DNA from: Vezdaea acicularis
Taxonomy: Eukaryota
Direction of reading: 5' to 3'
Length of the DNA: 64,000 nucleotides
Assembly: GCA_026025075.1 (NCBI GenBank)
Contig: JAPEUI010000011.1
Location: 124,001-188,000, forward strand
Made by a program: the position numbers and the translations under genes. Below are positions 1 to 12,400 of this stretch, piece by piece; the stretch's first letter is position 1, and each line of letters starts with the position of its first letter. Below the pieces are notes generated by a model. That model worked only from the letters and a program-made list of their open reading frames with translations. It was not told the origin of the DNA and did not search any database.

Positions 1-2455
1 CTTCCTCTAGAGACCTCATGAGCTCCAAGGCAAGCATTTTCTCGTTATTATGATCTGACGCAAAGCCCGCCATGAATATGGGGAAAGCCATAAAGCGTAA
101 TTGTGTGCGTTGGAAGTTGACGACAGATTGGGCGAGCTTTAGCGTTTCTCTCACACAAAACGCGATCTCTTCTATGGAATCGGGCCCAGTTCCCACCCTT
201 TGAGCGGCGTACATGCTGGTATGGCTGAAAATGATTGTAGCTCGAAAGAGGGCACAAGCCTGGGTGGTCAGCGGGCGACATAAAAGGAGTCGGTGGTGAT
301 GGCTCATACCTGCTCGAATACTCCTAGCGCTCGGGGCTGCAGATCAGAGGCGTTGTCCATCCCACGCATTAGGGCAATTGACGGCATTGAAGATGTCCAC
401 GTATGTCTCAAGGCTCTGCGCAACTCGGCAATGCGATTATACCTCTCTATCATATCGATACCCCCAGCCGAGAGCATGTTATTTGTGGCGTAATCTTCAG
501 CACGTAGTTCTCGCGCAAGATGGCCTATTTGGGAGGCTAGAACGAAGATTTGCTGATTGAAGCGAAGAACTGGGGGTAGTATCTCGCGCTCTTTTGGATT
601 GAGGCTTTCGAGGAGACTGTCGACAGCCAAAGAAGACATTGGGAGGAAGTCATTGTCAAGTATTGTCTGAACAAATTGACCGTTCCCGCTAGAGCTCAAC
701 AAGGCTGTCGTATCTATGATGCAGACAAACCAGAGGATAAAGGTATATGGCTCGTGTCCAAACCTCTGGCATCGCAATGAGATGATCGTCAGCAATTGAT
801 TCAAATGTGGACTCCAAAGGTCATCTCCTGAATGGGTGGCTGCAGCAATCTAATTCGGTGGTTAGAGGCTTGCAGCTTTCATTGGAATTGGGGAATCAAT
901 ACTTCGTAGAGGAGTAGGAACAGATTGGTGAACAGAGCCCCATCCGATGAGAGGTCACTCGTGCTTTTCAGGGTGGCGTTCAACGATGGAAGGGCCTGTT
1001 GGTAGTGTTGAAGAGCATCCACGTTCTGTGCTCCGTCTCGATGAGCAAGGCTTAATGCAGATAGTGCCATCATTGCATGATAGAGCTAATCCAGGTCAGC
1101 TCTAAGATACAGACAGTATGGAGGACCCGAGAGAACATACAGGAGGAAACTCATCCGCCTTTTGCTCGAACGAGTCCTCGATCCCTCCACTCCCATAAGG
1201 ACCCTGCTGAGAAAGGTGAACAATCTTGGGCGATATAAATTTTCGATAGTGGTCCAAAAGTCTCGCATCGTGCCCACCGCGCCTCGCTGCCTGTAGAGGC
1301 GACTGTGGAGATGTGATCCCAAGAGCTGTCGTAAGATCATCCGCTAACGCTACTGTAGCTGATCCAGGATTCTGTGGGGATATGACTTTGGTAGTCTTCG
1401 CCGTGGTGCTTGAGGGGATACGCCGGACACAATCCTCAAATTTACGCAGTATGATGACATTTGGATCGTCTATATCGGTTGTCTGTATCTTCAACGCTGG
1501 TATTCCCCTTTCGTTTTCGTCTTCAATGCCTGGAATTGGGAGACTTGGTCGTCTCGATGAAATGATAGACGGTTCCTCTGTGTATTCCGGGAGAGATTGG
1601 AAGCTCTCATGGTTCACCACGACGTGGTAAGTCCCTGGACTCTGGAGCTCCGCCTGTCTCTCTCGTTCCTCGTCAGTAGTCAGGGAATTGAAAGGTGGAA
1701 GCAAGTCTTCTGAAGATCGACGTCTCGTCCTTTCTTCCACCCGTTGCTGAGCTAAGATGTAACGAGTCAGTCAATGCTGGGTCTGCAGCGCATGGTCACG
1801 TACGGTCCCAGACGTTGCTCCCCTCGACCGAGACCTCTTGCATACGCTCAATGACTCTTGGGGTGTCATCACGGAAGATCAGTCGAGGACTGTAATCACA
1901 CATGTGCTGGAGCCTTGCACATTGCTATCAAGAGGTAAGCTAGGTGCCGAGAGAGAAGGGGAATATTGCGTCTCCGTCCAACCGTACATACGCTGCAGGT
2001 AGGACGCTGTTCGTCACATTTTACCTTCCGAGTCTATCCGAAGTTAGATCATCCATCACTGAAGGTAGAGCTCGAGGGTCAAGGGGTGAAGCCATACTCG
2101 GCAAGTCCTAAGGGGACAATTAATGAGGACTGAAGCCGAGGAAGCTTCCAGCTAGGCACGGATTCACTCACCAACAACCAGTTCGTGATCGTGGAGGCAG
2201 TCGAGTTCGAGGAAGCTCAGAGCCGAAGCTACTTGAAAGAGGGACGGTGGGATTGGATAGTGGAGACGCAGGCTGTTCATCCTTCGGGGCTATCGTTGGC
2301 AGTCGGCCGCCCTGCTTGCGGGTCGGGTCGTCACGCCTGCTCTGCATTTGCCAGCCAGGTCGGCCGTCATCAGCGGCCAGAGGTTGATAGAGGGTCGGGT
2401 AGAGTGGAGGGATAAAGGGCCGAGGAAGAGCGGTGGCGGCCAGGACCAATACCAT
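1..2455 (-). CDS. Zn(II)2Cys6 fungal transcription factor with C-terminal fungal-specific TF domain; multi-exon, 3' end runs off the window
   Basis: Splicing small exons (..2172, 2107-2098, 2033-1992, 1924..) at canonical GT/AG sites rebuilds [33 protein letters not shown] (CxxCx6Cx6CxxCx6C). Downstream exons match ORFs 1102-1740, 879-1073 and 304-804. The frame ...FMAFPIFMAGF...EKMLALELMRSLEE is still open at base 1. The start could be ATG 2455 or the downstream ATG of MQSRRDD. Confidence 0.9.
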
Positions 2456-2870
2456 GAGCTATGGCCAAACAAGCACGACGACGGCGATGAAGCCGGCCCA
2501 CACAGGGAAGGGCGAGGTACGCCTATCTGCACGATCGATTCTCGAGGAGAGGACCAGCCACAACCAAGCCTCGAGCAGACTAGCCAAGATAGAGGGATCC
2601 AGTATTCCGAGCAAGGGCGTTCTCGGTCCGATGCCAACAGACTGGCCGCTGTCTTGAGAGGGATGGGCCAAGTGGGAAGACTTCAAGTAGATGTAGAGGA
2701 GAGGAGAAGAGAGGGAAGCAAATTGCTCGAGAGAAGGTATACTTTTGGGAAATTTCTTGAAAAACTCTAGTCTCGATCAGCAGCAGACCATGGCATGACA
2801 GGGTATAGCAGCGTGCAGCAGGGGTCAGCAAGGCATTGGCAGGGCTCCGAGATGCCCATGTATGGCTTAT

Positions 2871-5800
2871 TGAGGATGTAGGGTGGGCAGTCTATTAGCG
2901 AAGAGGGTGGGGCACCCAAAAGAACGGAATGGGAGGGACCGGGGGCACGGTAAAGGAACGGGGAAAGGCAAAAAGAATCGAATTGTCGAAAGAACCCGTC
3001 GCGATGCTGCTGCGGTGCCGGGGTCTTACGCATGCGGCGACCTGCCCTGAGATCGAGCAGGCTGAAACGGGAGTTGTTCCCCAGTCAAGGCACTTCCCAT
3101 CGAGGAGCGGTCTGCAGCGTCGCCGGCATCAGTGGGCGTGAACGCGCGCTGCCCCCTCCATCTTCAGCCCAGCTGGCTGGATCGCAGCGCCTGATACCTC
3201 CGGTGGCTGCAGGGCGGCTCGTCATTCAACGGGAGACAGGGACGGGGTGGCGGCGGAGAGGAAAGCGGACGGAGGGTGGAGAGCGAGGTAGATGGAGCGG
3301 AGTTCCGCCGAGAGGAGATGATCAGGTACGCGCACAGGCGGGGCGGATGTGGAGCTGACGAAAGAGCATGGGGAATGAACAGCCCACGCCTTTTCCGGGG
3401 CTGACCAGACCCCTCCCCCCCCTCCCCCCACGCGCCCTTTTCTTTCCCGTTTCTTTTCTCCTGCTTTCCCTTTACTTTGCCTTTGCTTTCCTTGGCTGGC
3501 CCTTTTCGTTCCCACCTCCTGCTCGTCCTGGCCGCCACCTCCCTCCTCTGGATCCTAACAAGCGCGGACGGCATAGGGCGATAGAGGGCGTGATGGGCCT
3601 GCAACTCGACACGAGACTACGTCCGATTAGACGCAGTGGGGAGGCGGGACGGGCAAATGTTTCCACCGGAGGGATTATCAAATATCAAGGAGCCAAGAGA
3701 GCTGAAAAGGGAAAGGGAACGCGAGGGTTTCCCCCGCCAAGCTCGGGCCCGCGTCAACATTGCGCGAGGTGGCTTCTCCCTCTCCTTCTGGCTTTCCCAG
3801 TCGGGAAAGACCCGGCCAAGCCACTGATCCAGCCTGGTGGGTGGAGGGACCGGTCCCGAGAGGGAAGGCGCAGCGTGCGTGCCTTGTCATCATCGCCGCA
3901 TCCTGTCCCATAAGGAGCGTTCGAGACCCCCGCCGCCCGCCCGCCGCTTCACGGCAGGGGCGACGGCGGGCGCTGATGGTAACGGCAGTTTCGAGAGCTC
4001 CTCGGATCGACGACGCCCTCGCCGTGTCCCCTGCACCCGTCCGGGATCCCGTCGAGGGCAAGCGCCGCGTGTTCGGGACTGGTCGTGGAGGTGAAGGGGC
4101 CCGGCGCGTCGAGAGGGTTCCGCCCCGGCCATCCTGCCGCCGAACACATGGGGTTCCGCCATGCGGGAGCAACGTGGGAGCCGCTCAGCACCGTGCCATG
4201 GCGGACTGAGCCGGAGATGCACGGAGCCGAAGCAGCCGCCAACGCCGCCTCCTCTTTCCACAAATGTCGACTGGGGATATCCGCGATCCCCCCTACCGGG
4301 CCATGGTGATGCCGATGTCTTATGCAAAGGGATATTTTCACCAGAAACGTCTCCGGCGCTCCGACCGTTGGCCTGCCTCTCCCGCCTTTCCACCGGTCGA
4401 GAACTTGGGTGCGGTCGAGCGGACGATCGGGGACCTCAGAGCTGCAAAGATTGGCCGCCCGTCCGCTGCAACGGTTGAGGAGAGAAGTATCGCCGAGGAT
4501 GTACCGTATACCTTTCAACGACCAGCGCGCGTGGTTGCACCGCAGAGTGACTCGACCTTTCCCCATCGCCGCGGGAGATCGTCTTCTTGGGGTCGCCCCA
4601 AGTATCTGCCCGAGGGTCGTCCTAGTCATGCGCCAGCTCCTCCGACGGTCGAAGCCCCTTGTGCGTTTATCGGAGCTGCATAAGGCCCGCCCAGATGTGG
4701 CATAGCGCACGGTCGACGCCACATCCAGATGACTTGCCCGGAGTGGGTGTCGGGAGCTCACATGGGTTAGTCGTTGTCGCAAAACTCGTGGATGCCTTAT
4801 TTACGCGAGTGAAAATCTTTCGGAGCCACTCGCGGCCAAATACAAGATCGGGAAGCTGGTCGGACTCCCATCCCTGAGGATCGTCCATCCCAAACCAGGA
4901 ATTCAGCAATGATCACCTGTAGAGAGTAGATATACTCAAAAGAAGGAAAACAAAATCTGTTCGACTGGCCACTTTGGTGTGTATCTGTGCCCAACATGCA
5001 ACCTCGACGTCGTACTCAGTACAATCGAGAGGCGTGATGTGCAGGGTGCCTTCGTGACGACAGGCAGCCGCGCCAAACCTTATTCGGGCGGTAAGGAGGC
5101 CGAGCCCGAGCCAACGTGCACCCTGTTCACGTTGATCTCGAGGTGACGGGCAATCCGCAAGAGGGGGATACGGCGATCAAGCCAAGGTGATTGCACAATT
5201 CTGGTCTCGTCAGCCACTCTAAGTCCATTTGAAGACGGAAGCGCGTCGACTCGCCCCGTCGCCATTCGTCCTCCGAGAGAGCTGGGCCGATGAAGGGGCG
5301 GGGACTTCAAGCCAGACACCTTCGTATTCCTTGCCGTGAAACGTTGGAGGCGCTTCGCCGGATGATTTGATATCATTCGAAAGCTACACATCGAAAGCAA
5401 ATGGGGCTCGATGAGGTTTGGGTCGTGAAAAACTTTGCGTACTATGGCGCCCTTCTAGAACAATTTTAGCGAGAAAGTAATCTAGGCTCTGGTACCACCA
5501 GCACGGCCTGGACCAAGATGCGTCAGGCGCTCTGGCTCACATCAGTTTCGATGCTTACATAACAAGCAAGGAACCTCGTCAACCTTGTCACTTCAGGGTT
5601 AGTTCACGACCGGCATGTGTTCTTGGACGCAGGGTTCGTTTGATCATGCTCAATTGTTCGTTGTCCAGCGGCGGTGACTTTGGGTGGCGTCCCGAAACCA
5701 TGGATCGACCGCTGAGCTAGACAGGGGTTTAGCTCTGCATTAGGGGCAAAAAGGGCTAGCCCTTTAACGGCAGCTCCCCCGAAAAGGTCACCCGAATGAG

Positions 5801-5960
5801 TGCCGTGATTCCTGCAGCCCACGTCGTTTCGACTTGAGCTTTCTTGGAACTATCGTGAAAAGACCTGCATGGGTTATGGTAGTGCTCCTACCGTTTTCGT
5901 ATCCACCTGCACCATCCTTCACCTGACACCTTGCCCCTCGCCTCTTCCCCCACGTCACAA
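2871..5960 (-). ncRNA. Putative telomerase RNA (long structured ncRNA, ~3.1 kb); ends approximate
   Basis: Template-like CUAACCCU at 5602-5595. Adjacent helix 5610-5603/5859-5852. Terminal helix 5947-5932/2914-2900. Many nested long-range helices whose G-U pairs work only on the minus strand. AUAAGC 5' splice-like site at 2870-2865 with GCUGAC branch at 2829-2824. No credible protein-coding ORF. Confidence 0.65.
5595..5602 (-). other. Putative telomerase template (5'-CUAACCCU-3', would encode TTAGGG repeats)
   Basis: Plus strand AGGGTTAG; 8 nt = one repeat plus a 2-nt alignment region, followed by GA that could wobble-pair. Lies directly 3' of a predicted helix. Confidence 0.55.
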
Positions 5961-6413
5961 TCTAAACGGCGCAGCATCTGACAAGCCAGCTCGGAGAAGG
6001 AAAGGAGATGTACTTGGCCTGGAAGATGCCGTCATTCACAATAGGGCCAAGCGCGGGAGGAAGAATTTTCCGCGGGCCTATCAAGTCTCAGGCGCCAACG
6101 AATGGTATGCGCCAAGCCCATTTCTGACTAGCGCTGGCATTTCTAGACCCTTGATTTTCCGAAAGATTTTCCGAGGGACATGGGGGACCGAGAAAGAAGA
6201 GCCGGCCGTAGCTGACCCACGGATGCGATAATGCAAATACACCGCATACGCCTTTTTGTGATACATATCTGCATCCTCGAACCCAAATTTCCCACCTCAG
6301 AATCAAGTGACTGACTGTCCTGTAGGAGTGGCGCCTTAGTGACAAGCGCGCATGGCTACCTCATATACTGGTGTCTGACAGCCGCCAACTTGCTTCGTCG
6401 GAGGAACAAGGTT

Positions 6414-9400
6414 TTAGACGCGTTCTAGAACGGCCTTCACAGAGGAAGCCCGCTCCATCGCAAGCCATGCTTCCTTGACTTGATGCTTTCGGGCCGCGAG
6501 CTCTTCGCTTTGAAGGCCGCCACGCACCATCAAGCCAGAATACGTCTCTAAGAGTACCGCACGTTTCATGCGAAATGTCTCAACGCCATCGCCGAGCTCT
6601 GAGATGAGTTCCAAGTATCCCTGCGAGGCCTTTTCCGCCTCGACAGTGGCAAACAAGCCTTTTGTGACTATCTGTTCCAATCTTCCAAATACTTCTTGGA
6701 CACCTTCACAAACGGCTAGTTGTACGACTGTTGCTCCGGCTGCATTCGCTGGTCTAGTAAGCTCCAGTGATTGGGAAATTCGCTTGAAGAGGTCTTCAGG
6801 AACATCTGAGTCAGCGGCTAAACTTGTCGTGTGAATCAGCCGTACATACCTGGGCTTGGTATCCGAATTGATCGATGCAATGCAAGCAATGCATTTGCAA
6901 TTGTGATGGATTTCCTGTTGGCGTACTTTAGCTCAGCCTGCTTCCATGCACGCGGTTCCAGGTAAAGAGAGAATTGCAAGATTAAGCGAGTGCACGTAGC
7001 GCTCAGCAAGGTCGCGAGAGAATATGAGAAGTAAACCGGAAGGATTTGTTGCTTACATAGATTTAGATGAGGCCTCTCCCGAAACAGTGGAGTCAATATC
7101 CATTTCCTCACTAGCGGCTGAAAGTTCATGCAACAGCTTCGAGACGACGGCTTGAACGTCCGTAAAGAGATCAAGTTCGCATGATAACGCAAACTGGCCC
7201 AAGCTTACAAGGGCATGCCGTCGATAAATGACGTTGTTTCGCTTGCTTTCACGAAGTATTATCTTAGATAGTTAGCAAGGCTTGAGTCAGTTTTGCAGTA
7301 TTCCGAATAAGACTTGGTCTTTGCATACCTTCTTCATCTCCGCGTCTATCTCAGGCTTACTATCTAGAAGTTTTTTCCCCCTCTTCCTGAATTCCACGAA
7401 AGCTTCTAGTACACGCTCCTTTCCTTCCCAAGTCTTGCCACTAATGGCCCCTTCGAGGGCACGGTAGATTATCTCGCCGTCCTCGACACTCAATTGACCA
7501 GCTGAGAAGGACATTTGTTAGAGTCTGACGTTATGTGCTAAGGCCTTTCCTGGGCTTACCTGAGGATGAGGCTATCTCGGCAATACTTAGGGCTGATGTA
7601 TGTTTTATAACCCACCGAGGCGAATCAAGTTGCTTCTCGGCTAGAGCGACGATCTCCTTGAGGTATAGTGAGATTGCTCGAGACCCTCCAACATTCTCAT
7701 TCCACGTGCTCTCAAAGATTTCTTTCACAGGTTCGGAGGAATCGTGTTTCGCGACGAAGACGAAAGGGAGAAAATCGACTGCTACGGCTGCAAATCGATC
7801 TGGCGAACTATATTGTTGTAAGGAATTAATGCAAAATGCTGATATGCAATTCTTGCTTACTATTTAGCGATTGCGTATACGATTTCACCAGAAACAATCC
7901 TATGCTTCTCATCTATATTCCATAGTGTCAACATAGAAACCTCAGTCAGACTCAGGTTTGAGTGTGATACATACCTTCCGCCTCAAAGTATAGACGTTCG
8001 GCAAACTTTGCCACAGTAAGAATTGCATTTTCAGAAGCTAGGCGTGCTAAATAGCCTGCTGCGGTCGCATAAGAGGAGGATATTGTCTCATTTCGATCAA
8101 GTACAGCCCTTTCCACCGACTTCAAGAACTGGTCTGCGTATGATCTGAAGAGGAAGTTGTGGCGTGTTGACAGACTCACAAGGACTCGACTACAGCCAAC
8201 CTAATTGAGAATTAGCCTGCATGCTTGTAGATAAATTCAGAAGTTACATCTTGCCTTTGAAGGCATCCCAACAGTTTGTTTGATGGAGCTCTCAAGGCGT
8301 GGGATGAATCTCTCCATAGTTGGTTGATCTAACAGGTCAAGGCACTTTTCGATAGCTTCCATCATGGGAGAGCTTCGAACACTCTTCAGGCGTTCAGCAT
8401 CAATCTAGAGGAAACATGTTAGGCCGAATTTTGAATCCAGCTTCTGCACTCACCTTTTCTTCTGTCAAATTATATTTAGATGCGTTCAAGTGGAGATAAT
8501 TTATAGCTTGAGGCTCTAGCGAGCTTAGCATACCCAGTAATCGTTCGATGAGATCTGGAATGAATGGACGCAAGGCTGAGCCAGCCTCCTTGATAAGATC
8601 CAATAAAGTTGTTAAAGAGAACAACTGAACGTCCTCTGCTGAAGCTTCTAACTGCGATTGCAGGAACGGCATGACTTTATTTAGCATATTCTCCGACCTC
8701 TTCGAAGACGATCCAGTCTTGACTATCCGTACCAGAGACGCGGACAAGATTTGACACAGCTTCATTGCCGCTTTCCGAACTGAATCCTTGATATCGTCTA
8801 GAACTTTGAAGCCCAGAGTCCAAATCCGGTTAAGGTATTTCTCGTATTTTTCAAGTGCTCTCCCCTGAACCAAATCAGCGATCGCAGCACAGCTAGCCTG
8901 CCTCATTCTCCACTCTTTTCCTAGAATTGTTCGAAGAAGATCCTCCATGATTTCACTAAAATATCTCTCGATGATTTCGTTTGGGTCCTTCACAAGGGCG
9001 GTCCAGATCTCATTCATCGACCTGCGGACGTTACTGTTGGGGTCGAATCGATATCGAAAGAGGCTCGAGTAAAGTTTTGGGTTCTGAAAAAGATATCCGT
9101 TCACGTCAGAGTCCGCTAAGATATTACCCAGCCCAAAATTTGCCAACGCAGCCCTGCTCGTCCAAATGGCATTGTTCGCAGCGAGCGACATGAACTTATA
9201 TACCAAGCTCGGGTCTCCGACCTCTGAGGCAAGGGACATGATATCTTGATACGTTGAGATAGAACCGTCTCCTGTTGGAAGAGCACCGGGAGCGAAAAGC
9301 TCTGATTCTCGTGTGACTGTCCCAGAAAGATTGGCACTGGTTCCCGTAAACGTTCCTACAAGGTCGCGTACGAGGTCTTCCTTAAGCTCTCTATCGCCCC

Positions 9401-12400
9401 TCTCATGCACAAGGGCCAAGCCTCGGGCAGCAGTCTCTCTAATAAGATCATCGCGATCAGAGAGAAATGATTTGAAAGTTACCTGAAGTTGCCTTAACTG
9501 TTTCTGAATAGGCGGTAGATGACCACAATACTGTATCAAGCAGATCAGCCAGATCACTGATGCTTTCTTGAGGGACGGTTTGGTGCTTTTAGCGTCATCA
9601 AGGACGTGATCGAGAATGAGCTCTAGAGTATTGTGTCGCTTGGCCATTGGTGGCGGCAAGCCTTGGATATCAAGGGCTGAAAGTAGAGACTTTGAGGACC
9701 ACCCTACAGCCAGACAGCTTAACCCTTCGCCTACTGTAAAGTGGACTTCTGGTTGACGTAGTTCATGGAGGTCGTACATTCTTTTTGTGATCTCTGAGAG
9801 AAACGCTACTTCGCCTTGCGGCAGAGTGTCAACTTCATCGTATATCATTGCATACCTAGATAGTGCTGTGATCGCTCTTTCGTTGCCTGCTTTAGCCTTC
9901 GATGCAACTTTTTCGACGATGGTGCCGCTGTCGTAGGGCGTAGGGATTTGGCCAGAAGATAGGGCCCCGAAAAGACAGAGCTGCTCTAACGCGCTGAAAC
10001 ACCCATCTAGAAGGAGGTTGTCGGTCGAGCCTGATAACACATCTAAAACAAGTCCAATATACGCAGTATAGTGTGCCGAAATGCCTCCCTGTATTCTCTG
10101 GCGATGATGAAGCCTGCTGAACAAATGTGCCAGAGCAACGATCGACCCATGTACCTGATTTATCTCCGCCCCGATTGCACGCTTCCAGTTATCAACTCGC
10201 TTCAGATAAGACGTTAACAGCCACTCGATCTTTTCTTCCGTGCACACGGGATGAGACCCCAAAACGCCGAATGCCGATGAGGCTACTGATCTGATATGAA
10301 ATCTATTAGATAGAATTGATTCTTGCAGCTTTTCGACCTCAGTTGCTATATGAGAGAGGGTTCTATCGCCGAGCAAAGTGCACATTTCGGCAAAGTGGCC
10401 TCCATATTCCTCACCAATCTTTCCATTGTCAAGTCCAATACTTTCAAAGGCCGCCCGTGTGTACGCTAGTAAAGCTTGCTGATCTCGAAGAGAGCCCACC
10501 TCTAAACTATTTATAAATTCATGAATTGTTGACCGATTCGATTCCTCTGTTAGTAGCGCCGCATCTACGCGCCTTTCATAGTTTGCATCGATTTGAAGAG
10601 CCTTAGCCGAACTTGAAAGAGCCTGGTATACAAGTATTCCTCTACAGAAGGAGACTGCAGGGCCAGTTGCGTTGACTTTGCGGCCCTCATAGCTAATATC
10701 GTTCAGGTTTAGGCGGATGCCACGTTCTGAACCACTGAAGAATGAAAGGACTGCATCTTGAAATCCGGGAAACGAATATTTGGATACCTCGATACTATGC
10801 TTTTCAGAGTCGGCGCGAAGCCCTCTAGATGATGGGTTGAGCATCCTATACCAATAGGGATCCAGTCCTCGTCTGGCTTCTTCGATGATCTCGCTTTTAC
10901 TGTTAAATAATCCGAGTAGGTTTATCCACCTCGCCACTAAGTCGTTGTATAGCAGTGCTCTGTTTGCGTATCTTGTTGCCGTATATTTTGAACTTCTGAC
11001 TATGCGAAACGTTTGGTGACTAGTACTCTCCTCTTGTACTTCCAGCTGTGCTTGATCCTGGAGTAGAGACCTCATTTTCTCTCCCATTGCTGGCGTTAGG
11101 TTGTCGGCGAAGCAATTGAGGATAGCACCAAGAGCTTCCTCGATACTAACTGAAATGTTACCTCCTGATGCGTCCTCGCTGAGTGACCGGAACAAGAAAT
11201 GAAGGAGCTCAAGTTCTGGATCAAGAAGCACCTTCTTCGGACTTGCTTTCGCAAGCGTGCCTAAGGTCTGATACGCAAGACCTCGTAAAGTGTTCTCTTT
11301 CGATATTTGCGTATCCCCAACAGCACTGGGCCATCCCTGCTCTTCAATGTAGCTACGAAGCCTTTGAACTAGGTTAGGCGCAATGGCTTCGAGATCAGAT
11401 GGAGACCCGATGCGTCCAATCCAATTCATGAAGGAGAATATTGCCTCCCTAAGTTTCGCTGCCTCTCTACCAGCCGAGACTCTAGGCTCAGGTTGTGAAA
11501 GAGACAGTCCTCGCTCAACTAGCTGCGTGACGTATCCAGGGAAGCTAGAAGACGCTTTAGACCTTGAGAGAAGACCAATAATTTTGATTTGCAAGGATGG
11601 TCTAACTGGAGGAGCCTCTACATTACCGAAGTACAGGCTGTAAAGTCTTTCGACGATATGCTTGTCATTGAGTGAAACTTTCGGCAATGATCTCTTCAGA
11701 ATAGCATCCCCAGGCTCAGAGATACGAGAGTTAACATCAGCTGAGGCGAAAAAAGCTGCCATAAACCTTTCATCGTCTTTGAAAGCGCCCGAGGAAAGAA
11801 AGTCGAGTAGTTTCATTTTTATTTCTGTGAGGTTGAGGCCACCTTCTTTCGATGAGTCCCATGTATCAACCTTGCCTAGGGTTAGAAATGTGTAGTCTTT
11901 TGGAGTTAGTCCTGGACAAGTGGTAGGAGAATTTGGTTCTGTAGGGGCAGATCTATGGCTTGTCGTAAACAGAATCAATAAGGAAGAGATTTGTGCAATA
12001 CAAGCAGCATCTTTTGGTTCATGGTTCAAGCCAAGAGTTTCCCGCAGTTCGCCGTCCTCCTTACTGCCCTTCAACGGGAGAGATATGGAGGGAAGCAACT
12101 TCAAGAAAAGGTTGAATAAAGAAGCACCATCAGTGGGAGAGCGTGCCAAATCTGTTGCAAAGCCATTCAGGATGATAGATAAAAGTTTGAGGCGTTCTGA
12201 AGATGGAGTTTGTCCAATCCCTTGCTGCGAATACAGCAAATCCATGTGTCGCATAAGCGGAACATCTTGAGCCTTGAATTGGCTGAGTAGTGCTGCAACA
12301 GGAAGTTGTATTGACCTTTAGCGCATTTATCAGTACAAGCAGTCTTGGCTGACTATCGGAGAGACAGTAGACATCCGTGAGAAGATCTTACAGTGACTTT

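Noticed and set aside
4763..4771. Other telomere-like words on the minus strand (CUAACCCA at ~4770, UAACCCA at ~5876)
   Set aside because: They break the repeat register after 6-7 nt, so they are poorer templates than 5602-5595.
2900..4800. Many overlapping ORFs on both strands (e.g. 3949-4782, 3368-3913, 3890-4393)
   Set aside because: Arg/Gly/Pro-rich translations typical of GC-rich non-coding DNA, with no domain motifs or splice-consistent model; better explained by the structured RNA.
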